From: Octopus sinensis
Lineage: Eukaryota
Assembly: GCF_006345805.1 (NCBI RefSeq)
Contig: NW_021833913.1
Span: 1-52,458, forward strand
Length of the DNA: 52,458 bases
Direction of reading: 5' to 3'
Shown here: positions 1 to 9,889 of the stretch, piece by piece
Layout: every line of letters starts with the position of its first letter
Numbering within the stretch: position 1 is the first letter of the stretch
Notes under the pieces: generated by a model
What the model was told of the DNA's origin: nothing
Databases searched by the model: none
The model's input: the letters and a program-made list of their open reading frames with translations, nothing else
Position numbers and translations under genes: made by a program

Positions 1-520
1 TTATTTATTGTATGTCCCGAAGCACTTAATGAATATTATGTTTTTAAAATAAACGTCTGTAAGAAATTGACACCATAACGAAGTGGAAAAATGCTTTCAT
101 CTGCAGTCAATGTGAGATAAAAGTCGATAAATTAAGAACCCAGTCAGATTTGTGGAAATCCGAATTGATCCAAAGCTCCTGACGAATAATACTATCCCGA
201 ATAAAAAATTCGACATTTTGTCGACGATAAATCAAGCAACACGATTACACTTATCGAGGTTGGGATAACTTCAAAAAATTGTCTCAAGCTGATAGAAGTG
301 AAAAAGTTCCATAAATATGACTTTCTAGCAAATGGAGCTAATCCACCGGGTAAAATTAAAAGTCCCTGTCGTTATGACTTGTGACGGAATTGTGTCAAAA
401 TTCTCCAAGAATCATTTGGAGGCGCTCGGAGTAGAGAACAAAGTAAAGACGTATATCCAGACACTATTTTTGCGGAAAACCATGCGAGAGACAAAGCACG
501 ATTATTAATTCCTGTTGAAG
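1..520 (+). mobile_element. Decayed 3' end of an R4/Dong-like RLE non-LTR retrotransposon
   Basis: Broken frames give HHNEVEKCFHL, VEIRIDPK, DKSSNTITLIEVGITSKNCLKLIEVKKFHKYDFLANG and VVMTCDGIVSKFSKNHLEALGV...YIQT, matching the zinc-knuckle-adjacent helix and PD-(D/E)xK endonuclease of R4-type elements. Several frameshifts. Confidence 0.75.
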
Positions 521-1878
521 GGATAGCTTTTGAAAATTTTTATTTTAATTTTCTCAGCATTTAAAATAGGTAATTTTACAAAAAATATTTTTAATTGATA
601 GTATTATATAATTATTCTCAACATATGTTCTCATAATTACAAATTGATTAACACTACCACACTAAATTGATAAAACTTTTTATTAAAAAACTGTTAGGGG
701 GTGTCATAATCTCCTTTGTTACATCGTCATTTATTTGACTAGTTCTGAGAATCATAATGATTGTAATAGTTAAAAAATAATAAAAAAAACTTGATTTTTA
801 TTCATTGAACAATTAGTCTTCAGCTCTGTATTCAAATCAAAAATTTGGCTAAAAATTCTTTAACTGTTTTTAAATGGAATAAAAGGAAAAAAGTTTATCC
901 GCAAATGTTACGACAATTTATCCTAAAATAATTTTTATTTATTTGTACCTCAGACATTGTATTCTCTAATTCACACCAAAAAACCTATAATTTATTTGCG
1001 ATATGCTAATAAATATTTATCTCACAAAATAAAACAGTTTTAGAATGGTTATATCAATACTTAGTTTTTAATTAATGCTTCCGCTATTAGTTAATTCTTT
1101 TCCTCTCGAGCCAGAGCTAATTTTTTTGATGAGCACACTCATATATCTCACAGGGTTGGCCTATTCTGTGATTGTTCTCAAATTCGACTCCTTCGAAAAC
1201 AATTGAGTCGCAGTGATATTTATAGAATAAAGAAAAACTTACAAGACTATCAAAAGCATCGATTCAAATAGAACTTAAATTCTAATTTTATGTGTTGAAT
1301 GATTGTATCATTTTTTATAGTGATTTACCATTTTTCATAAAGTCGTCTTATTCAAGTAAATCAACAGTGACTAGTTTTCTTCTCCATCATAAATAAACTA
1401 TATCTAGAGAAATTGTTATCAGAAATGACTAATCTAAACTCTACTAAAATTGACTTGAAGACTAAAAATATGATTAATATTGGTTACAATGTGAATCATA
1501 TAAAAGACTCATCAAAAAAAAGTTATGCCTTTTAGTGCCCTTATTAATTTGCAGCTAACACAATTTTCATATAATAGCAGTACTGTACTATTGATATTCA
1601 TATACACTTGTTTTGTTTCTAATTTTTATTCAAACAACAAGACAACAAATCAAAAAGTCATGCAGGCATAAACACTTGTTTATATGTGATAAAACTGGCA
1701 TGTCAATTTGTTTATTTAAGAGTACACAAGTGGAATGTTTACACCAATTTGAATGTTTGTACACAAAACTAGAACAGCTGATGATAAGATAATTACTTCG
1801 GAACTGTCACTGATCATAATTAATCCATTCTGCTGCAACTTGTACTTTAAATATTCAGATTCAGTCTATACTTATAAA

Positions 1879-2839
1879 ATGATGTTTATTTGTTTCTTAT
1901 TACTTTTCTTTGGAGTTACAATTGTGGACAATTCTCGGGTTAAAGAAGACAATGAGCTTGAAAATGAAGAAGAAAATCAAATTGAGGACATGGAACAACA
2001 CGACGAGGATATTTCTGAAGAGGATGAAGAAAGTGAGATCGAAAAAAGAGTAATCAGTGTGTATATCAACGTAGTTTCGTTCAAAATCTTCACGAAAGAA
2101 ATCAAATCCTAGACGAAGAAAATCATCAAGAAAAAGTCCAAGAAAATTGATAAGAAAGAGCAGGCCAAGTAGACCCAAAATAGCAAGGAAACCAAAAACT
2201 TTGAAGAAACCTCGCATCCCCATAACTAAACCAAGGAACCTTCCAAAGCCTCGAACCCCCATAGCCAGACACAAAAACATAATAAACAAACCAAAGAAGC
2301 CAATAAACAAATCCCCAGTTCCTATTCCCATACCAAGGCAGCCGATAAAAAAGTTCCCGATTCCTATTCCCATACCAAAAGAGCCAATAAAAGAGTCCCC
2401 GATTCCTATTCCTAAACCAAAAGAGCCGATAAACAAGTCCCCAATTCCTATGGACAAACCAGAGAAGCCTTTAGACAAGTCAGAAATTAGTAAACAAGAA
2501 AAAGACAAGTCAGCAGCTCCTATTGACAAACCAGAAGAAGTAGAATCAGCAGAAAATAAAGAATCAAATTTGATTGAAGGATTGTCGTCTGGTGCTGAAA
2601 TTTTCGGACAAGCAGCAATGGAAATAGTCAAAGAATTGATCCTGTCTAAGTTATTGCCCAAAACTTTTCCTCCCCAGCAAGAATACGGACAACCTGCCTA
2701 TGAGGAGGAATCCAATTATGAAGAAGGACCTGTCTATGAAGAGGAATCCCCCTATGAAGAAGAATCTACATATGAAAATGAACCTTTTTATGAAAACAAT
2801 AATTATGAGGAACCTGTTTATGAAGATAACGGAATATGA
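1879..2839 (+). CDS. Secreted 311-aa low-complexity protein: signal peptide, acidic propeptide ending EIEKR, Arg/Lys/Ser-rich region, Pro/Ile repeats, Tyr/Glu-rich tail
   Basis: Exons 1879-2049 and 2075-2839, joined across a 25-nt GT-AG intron (gtaatcagtgtgtatatcaacgtag), fuse track ORFs 1753+ and 2147+ in frame: MMFICFLLLFFGVTIV...EEDEESEIEKR|FRSKSSRKKSNPRRRK... Confidence 0.85.
2294..2482 (+). repeat. About 4.5 degenerate 42-bp (14-aa) coding repeats
   Basis: KKPINKSPVPIPIP / RQPIKKFPIPIPIP / KEPIKESPIPIPKP / KEPINKSPIPMDKP / EKPLDKS. Confidence 0.85.
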
Positions 2840-2993
2840 ATAGATTTAAATTAACATAGTTAAAATATAAACTAAAATATTAATCCAAATCACTAATTAA
2901 CCACAACTAATAAAATGTTTTAACATTGAGTGACGTGGATTGACCCCCAAGCACATAAATAAAACTCAAAAATATATTAAAAATGACAGAATT

Positions 2994-3830
2994 CTAGTAT
3001 AATTTAAGTCTTTTCAACATATCAGAAATAACACTCAAATTGGTAGAATATTCCCTTTCGAGTTGACGCTCAAAACCTTTATTTTCGTCAAAGAGTGTGC
3101 CTTCATTTTGTCCAAATCCATACTCATGGTGAAGTCCAGTCAGTATAACCTGACCAAGCCCAACTCTACACTCCACAGTCGACACCAACGACCCTCTGAT
3201 ATCCCCCAAGTCACTTTCCTCACAGTAAAATCCAATTGGATTCCAAAAACAGCTATTTTCTGGGCAAATAAAGCTGCCTCCTCCATTATAATAAGCACTT
3301 GCCTCAATTGGGGGGTTTGTTGTTGAAATATATTTATAGGCGACTATTTTCGCGCCTTTATTGTTATTATAATTAAATTCCTTGTAAGTTGGCCCGACAC
3401 AAGTTCCTAAAATCAAGAATTGGCGGGAAACCTGGGAAAAAGTGCAAAAATCTGTCCTCACATATTTCGAGAGGTCCATTTTTGTCAAATTCAATTTTTG
3501 AAGCCCCGAAATACCCGCCTGCACAAATGCCGAGGTAAGATCCTCCATTTTGAACATATTTGGAGATTATTTGGCATCCATTAGTGTCCAGGGTGGAGAC
3601 AAATCCACGATCAAATCCCCCTGGGAAGATGATAAGGGAGGTATCCTCCACCCACGATCCTTTAATAAGGCAATTGATGGACCAGATTTGAGTTGAGGGC
3701 CCAGGATGTAGGTGATGTCGTAGAGTTTGTCCATTTTGAGATTAATGAGACTCGAGTAGATTGCTTTTGTAGAGTTAACAGAAGCTCCCACATCCGCATA
3801 AATTTGAATTTTTAATTTTTTTAATAGCAT
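2994..3830 (-). CDS. Stand-alone biotin-protein-ligase N-terminal (BPL_N, class I glutamine-amidotransferase-like) protein, 262 aa
   Basis: Exons 3830-3683, 3659-3432 and 3406-2994 (introns 23 and 25 nt) give one frame with IQIYADVG, W-x-EDTSLIIFPGGFD, GGSYLGICAGGYF, YYNGGGSF and VILTGLHHEY. Confidence 0.85.
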
Positions 3831-3929
3831 GTCTTACCCGCGTGCGTATACAATTTATTAATAAATTGCCAATTTTATTCACAAATATAAAATTCAGTTA
3901 AAAATTCAACTGCCCTCGATTAATTCCCT

Positions 3930-4500
3930 TGGTCGCCTCTTGCTGGTTTTCTAGGACGAGAGGTGGAAAGAGGAAGATATGAAACCAGGGGAGGTCGTTT
4001 TCGTAAGAGAGTGCTTCCGAGATAATTTTTTTGAGCCAGGAAGCAGCCATCAAACGTGTTTGTTTGGGAAGGGGGATCTCTCTTGTGCCACGGAAGGAGG
4101 ACAGGGATAAATTCCTCAGTCGAGAGATTTTACCAGAAGGTAGTAGACTAGCGGGTCGCTGATTAGACCCAGCGTCTTACGAATTAAAGAGGCAGCAGGC
4201 AAAGTGCTATGCGCCTAAAGCACTTGCAGTCGCCTAAGATACACAGCTCAGATGAAAATGGCCATTACAGAGGGTGCCTGGATTCCCCATTTCTTCAGAG
4301 TTCAAGATTCTTTGTATTCTAATCATTGACTTATTTTTGTTAATTTAATGTACACACAAAGAAATGAATATCAAAAAAAATGTCATTACCGACTCGGCTT
4401 GGTCAAGGAAATCGTGAAGACTGGTCTCGAGTCAGCGGCCCATTTGTGCCTCCTCGAACGGATCGGACACGATTACCCGTTTTCTCTCAGCTAATGTTAT
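3930..4500 (-). mobile_element. Heavily decayed retroelement remnant (possibly CRE-like) containing the duplication breakpoint
   Basis: GC-richer island with stop-riddled frames and only a weak LP-x-x-GGLGI-like trace (NPRKWGIQAP in the second copy). Shared with 30212-30547 and 32016-32140. Confidence 0.3.
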
Positions 4501-5176
4501 CCTAATAATTTAAATAAATTATAATTTCATTACGTTTTTTTGATTGAAGTAAGCACTCTGTATTTCATTTTGTGGGTCATTAAAGGGAGTAAATTGCCAA
4601 TAGAAATTATATTCAATTAGTTGTAACTAACATTCTAAAATTCGAGAACACCGTAGACCGCAGATTATTACAACAACTATAGTGCTGCTCAGTGATTAAA
4701 TATAAGTTTTGTTTGATCTATTTCAATTATGGAATGCCAGTTCAAGGAAATATTTCGATCCTTAAAAATAAAAATTTCAAACTATAGGCCTGATGGTAGA
4801 ATGCTAACTATTCACAAATAAAAAGTTTTAACACCTTAAGGCCCATTATATTTAGAAAAAGTTTGTAATTGAAATTTTTACAACTTTTTTCAGTCTTTTC
4901 TAAACTTTCAACAAACCCATTCAAATACTTAGAACGTATCTACAACAAAATATAATCATGTTAGAAAAACTCTTGATTCATCTTTTAGTGCCCAGAGAGG
5001 AGACAAATCCACGATCAAATCCCCCTAATATAAATCACACTGAAAAAGAAAAAAACATATAAACTCAATCTAATCTATTAAATAAAGCTACTTAAAAACT
5101 ATTTTTGCATAAATTTTTCTAATTTGGAATGCTCCTTCATACAAAAGTGAAATGAAAACTTGAAAGTACAAAAAGA

Positions 5177-5986
5177 TTATTCAAAAAAGTAATAATTCGG
5201 TGATTTTTCTTGTTGATTGAGCCAATTAAAGTCATCTACACCTGCATATTTACTCTCCCCTTTTCTCAAGCCAACAAACTCGAAATCCTCCTCGACTCCC
5301 TCATACTCATAAGAGTAGTCCCCAAATCCAATCCCCGACGAATTCTCCAACACTGCTCGATTACCCACGTGACTATTAAATCTGCAGTCTCTGCTAAAAG
5401 ATATCCTCAGTTGTAGACAAGCCACATAAAAATGACATTCTCGACAATTTTGAGCCAACACTGACGAGGAGACTGGCCCGCTGTGTACTCTTGTGCTCTC
5501 CAAATCAATTAATTGAATTCCCGCCATTGGTCCAGACAAATAAACGTGGCAGTTTTTTAAATTTTTCAGAACTATATTTTTATTCACAAGTTCGTCTCTG
5601 AATAGAGTGAGGGTCTCATTTTGGCGGGAATGAAAACCAAATGATTCCTCGACTGAAATTTTTGACGTTTTTTGAATATTTTTTGGCGGTTTTTTGGTAT
5701 TGAGTGTCGATTTAAAATTAAATTTTTTATGGCTGAGACGTTTTTGGCGAATAATTTCGAGTTTGTTTTGAAGTGCTTTGATTTCTGTCAATCTTTTTCG
5801 AATTGTAAAGGCGGGAATAAAATGGAGGGAATTTGTGGTGTATTTTATTAATTCGTCAATTTCATTTGAGAGTTGATCGAGGTGATCCTCACTTTCAGAG
5901 ATTTGAGAAATTCCTTCGGAAATTGTTTTTATTTTGTTTAAAAATATTTGTTCGAATTTGTCTATTTCTTTCCCATTAGAACACAT
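5177..5986 (-). CDS. TBCC: Tubulin-specific chaperone C (intronless, 269 aa)
   Basis: N-terminal helical domain plus C-terminal beta-helix: LKNLKNCHVYL, GPVSSSV, VACLQLRI, VDDFNWL, SPNY. Confidence 0.93.
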   Translation of the reverse strand: MCSNGKEIDKFEQIFLNKIKTISEGISQISESEDHLDQLSNEIDELIKYTTNSLHFIPAFTIRKRLTEIKALQNKLEIIRQKRLSHKKFNFKSTLNTKKPPKNIQKTSKISVEESFGFHSRQNETLTLFRDELVNKNIVLKNLKNCHVYLSGPMAGIQLIDLESTRVHSGPVSSSVLAQNCRECHFYVACLQLRISFSRDCRFNSHVGNRAVLENSSGIGFGDYSYEYEGVEEDFEFVGLRKGESKYAGVDDFNWLNQQEKSPNYYFFE

Positions 5987-6202
5987 TTTTATAAACTAAG
6001 ATTTAATTTCACACAACGGAAATAATTTAGATGTATTTTATTTCTAGTTACAATTTTAATTTAAAATAATTAAATAAAATTTAATAAAATATTTTTATTT
6101 AAACAAGAGTGGGAAAAAAACTCATGTCGAGGTGGAACCTTATTGTTTACGACAGTGCTGTATTAATTATTAGTCATTTTAATTTATAAGGAAAGAAAAA
6201 AA

Positions 6203-7740
6203 TTAGTAATCATTATCCAAATATTCTTTTATTTGACTGGCATTGGCATTAAGTATTCCATTCTCTACAAACACAAACAACCACCCTTACTTCCATTAAA
6301 AAAGAACAAGGCCACAGCAATCAACAAAGCACAATATAAATTACCCAAGAAGAACAATTCCATCGCAAAGTACCCCCACTTATCGACAATCATCCCAACC
6401 AAATAAGAAGCTCCAGCCAATCCCAAATTTTGGATCGACTGCAATCTAAACTTTTTTAATATTCCACTACATTCCATAGGCAGTCGTTAAATGTGACAAT
6501 TTTACAATATAGGCCACAATAGGCCACAGTGAGGCAGCCAAAAACGAATAGCTAACACCCAAAATTATCTAAAATAAACAAAACAGACAAACCACAGGCA
6601 CAAACGGAGACACAAAAGTAAAAGCAATCAAAAAAGTCCCCAAAATACCCAAAATAATCGACAAAATCACCCACATCAAATTCCTCCCAGTTTTATCAAT
6701 ACTCAGCCCCACAAAAGGCGAAGAAAATGCAGAAACGAGATAAATAAGACTAAAATAACTAAAAATTAATCCAAACCTATTCACAGTCGTTGCAGTGTCC
6801 AAAGACAGTTCATATTTGAGCATACATAATGATCTAAATCATAAAAAATACAAAAAACAGTGCTATTCCTATAAAGGGGAGTATCGCCACATAAAAAGTA
6901 CAAATAATTCCAGTTATTAGCCAAAAAGAAGTCCCAAAGTGAATAACATCCCTCAAACAGACAATTTGTACATCCTTTGTACATGTTTTAATCACTGCCA
7001 TATAAATACAGAAAATAAACCTCCCTTCCTTTGCCCAGTCCGAGTCATGACTGCCATAATGGCAGAAGTAAGTAAAGAAATGACACAAACAAATACAGCC
7101 AAGTACAAGCTATGCCCAACTGATGGTAGCCCGCTTGGATATGACGGGCTAGTTTGTAGAGATAAAACATTGATTTCATACAGGCAGTGCTGCCCTGGGC
7201 GAATTATATAAGGAATTAACCACACGTGCAAAACTTAGTTGGAGAGCAAAGACAAAGTTGAGTTCTGAACCTTTAAACCAGAGTGCTGCATATGAGTTTT
7301 GGACACTGGAAAGAGTCTCTCCCCCAATCCCGAAAATGACCCTTCCCAAATACATGACCCAAATCACGTGGGAAAATCCTCCCGAAGCAAACACGGCTTG
7401 TCCCAGGAGCAGAAAAAGTATGCAGAGAATTCCTCCGAGAGGGAGACCAGTGTAGCGGTCGACGAGGAATGAGCCGACAAAACACATGAGGACGTTGGGA
7501 AGTGCATACCATGTGTAGAAGCCCATAAAAGTGGCTGAGTTTATATTTAAATCACTTTTTATTGTTGCTTGAATAGCACCGGGAATATCAAAGCAGTAAT
7601 AACTCCCTGAAAGTTATGTCTTTGATGTTACCGAAGCTGCTTAAACATAGGAAGGGGATGAATGAGTATCGAAATAATCTTTTATGTCGTGAAATAAAGC
7701 TCTTATTCTCCCAGTCATCGTTGATTGCCTCACTGGACAT
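6203..7740 (-). CDS. MFSD1: Lysosomal MFS transporter MFSD1-like, 10 exons
   Basis: Nine GT-AG introns of 24-27 nt give LSSFGSYYCFDIPGA, YALPNVLMCFVGSFLVDR, LGRVIFGIGGETL, LSFARVGST, TFYVAILPFIG, SLWPIVAY, IQNLGL and GILNAN. Confidence 0.9.
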
Positions 7741-7811
7741 AACCACACTTTATATCTTTATTTAAAATGTAATTAATATATTAATACAACTGAATTTATA
7801 CTATTATTCTT

Positions 7812-7953
7812 ATAAAACATGTCCTGTCAAAAGCGTGTGGGCTCGTGGAAAGATCACCGAGCGAGGATGAGGTCCTTGTCCAACTGCATCGGGGTGACGT
7901 TTGTTCCGTTTTTACCGTGGGCTTAATGGTTAATTAAAAAAATAAAACATGTC
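7812..7953 (+). mobile_element. 5'-truncated (118 bp) CRE-like retroelement 3' end with a 12-bp target-site duplication
   Basis: ataaaacatgtc at 7812-7823 and 7942-7953 flanks a GC-rich insert ending in an A-rich tail. The insert encodes EVLVQLHRGD, resembling the ISIALQRGN terminus of CRE elements. Confidence 0.65.
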
Positions 7954-8639
7954 ATAATTACTCGGTCAATAAATTGTCTAGAAAATTTGCCAATTCTTCA
8001 ATATTTTAAGAAATTTTATAATTTTAGTGGAAATTGACAATTCTCTGAAGGAAATTTCCAGTGAATTTCCAGTGAATTTTAAAAAAAATTACTGAAAATT
8101 AAACAATTCCACAATCTGGATGGTCCTCAAGAAAACTTGTGTTTGATTACTATAATTGGGGTTCGCACTAAAAGAGACATTTCGGTGCCTTGTTTTTGTC
8201 TTTCCTTAAACGATTTTCCTTTTTTTCTTTGAGTTTTGATTTTTTGGGTAATAAAAACAATTCTATTCTATTTTACAAATGCAGTCAAAAAGTCAAAGTT
8301 CCCACTTGATGAAAAACTTGTTGATTGTATGGATTTGATAGAATTAAAAAGTATATCTTAGTTTTTTTAATTTTTAGCCGCATTATTGAACTGTGCATTA
8401 ATATCTATACTATTTCAGGTTTAAAGTGAGTCTTACCAAAAGCAAAGTGGAACAATAAAATTATGTAATAAACCATTTCATCATTATTTAACACCGATGG
8501 GGCCAACCTCTGAATTCTAGCACTTACGGTGTTGCATGAAGATGAGTGATTATAAAAAAAGAGTTACTCATTGTTTCTACTACTTTCGAAGTTGAAACTC
8601 AGTTGTTGATAAAACTTCCTGTCCACACCATTTAAAATA

Positions 8640-9700
8640 TTTTTGATGTCTGTTGCGATATGTCTTTTTATGCTAGCTTTATATTTCAATTGGGTTGATC
8701 ATAGGGCTATAGGGACCCAATCTTGAAATTTTATTTCTGACGAATTCCTTTTTTTTGACAATTTCTTCAATTTCTGAATGTAATGGAGCATTGTTTACAC
8801 TAAGGGTTCTCAACCTTTTTTTAGTCATCGACCCCTTGATTTTTTGACCCCCCTAATATTTAATCGACCCCTTAAAAAATTTTATATACATAAATCTATA
8901 ATAAATAACAATTCTCTACACTACTGGGAAATTGTAAGCTTCCCTGGCTTTTCGTAGACAAATTCTCAACCATTCGTGGACAGATTCTTTATTAAAGGAT
9001 CCACGTTTCAATTCATAATGTAACAATCCAAAAGACCCGATACAACCAATGAAATGTACATTGGCACCTCGCGAACTTGTTGAAACGACACTAGCCACTG
9101 TTACTTTGTTTGAACGACCCTTTTTACGGGATATGTTCATGTTGAGATTTGTTTCATTCATAAATAATATTGGAATTTTCTCCGATTCATATTCCAATAA
9201 TGAAATAATAAAATTTTTTCTTTATTTAATTGACTATTGCCTTCCTCTGGTTCATACCTGATATCTTTCAAAGAATAACAGGAACCGTTTAAGTGGACTT
9301 GAATGGTTTCTTTTGACACATTTAAACTGAAATTAGAATTTAAAAGAATTTTCAAAGTCACATAAGTAATCCTCGGGTTAAGTTCGATTTGTTCAGAACG
9401 ATAATTTTTATGTTGATCAAGACATTTTTTTGCTTTTGATTTTTTTGCTGATCAGGTTTATCCTTTTTTTTCACCTAACGATAGGTAGTAGTTTTTGGAA
9501 CATCGAGAGATTTTGTAAGTTCCCTCCAGTCACCATCTCTCTCGTAGGCCCCGATAATAAGATTTTTTTAATTGAAACTTCAGACTTTTTTATTTGTGCA
9601 GGCAAACGAATGAAAAAATGAAATATTTGCGCAAACATGCAAATATATAGGTTTTGCTTAGTCACTTTTGCAATTGATCTCGCGACTTTAAATGCTGCTT
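8640..9700 (-). mobile_element. Decayed Tc1/IS630-like transposase with a nested hAT-like MITE fragment (about 8800-8910)
   Basis: LNVSKETIQVHLNG...DIRYEPE, LFMNETNLN...SRGANVHFIGCIG...RGSF, RLGPYSPMINPIE. The interruption begins agggttctcaaccttttt, like a hAT terminus. Confidence 0.75.
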
Positions 9701-9889
9701 AGTCACTTTATTAAAAACAGAAATTATTCTTTGTACCACTTTGCTTTTGACCCACTTTAACTTATTGTAAGAGAGAATTATTTCCTAAGCAGATTTTTCT
9801 TAAATAATTCAAAAACTCACATGGATTTTTATCATAACTTAAGCAGAAATATATTTCAGATAAGGAAATTACATAAACAAATGTGCAAT

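Noticed and set aside
1900-2661. 253-aa antisense ORF
   Set aside because: Shadow of the Pro/Lys-rich sense ORF; Gly/Ile/Phe-rich with no family motif.
1879-2839. Minicollagen
   Set aside because: No Gly-X-Y run and no cysteine-rich domains.
4392-4412. 25-nt deletion in copy 1 as precise intron loss
   Set aside because: On the minus strand it starts GT but does not end AG, and it is not within a gene.
7824-7941. GC-rich island as a structured ncRNA
   Set aside because: The TSD, A-tail and CRE-like peptide explain it better; no snRNA or snoRNA motifs recognised.
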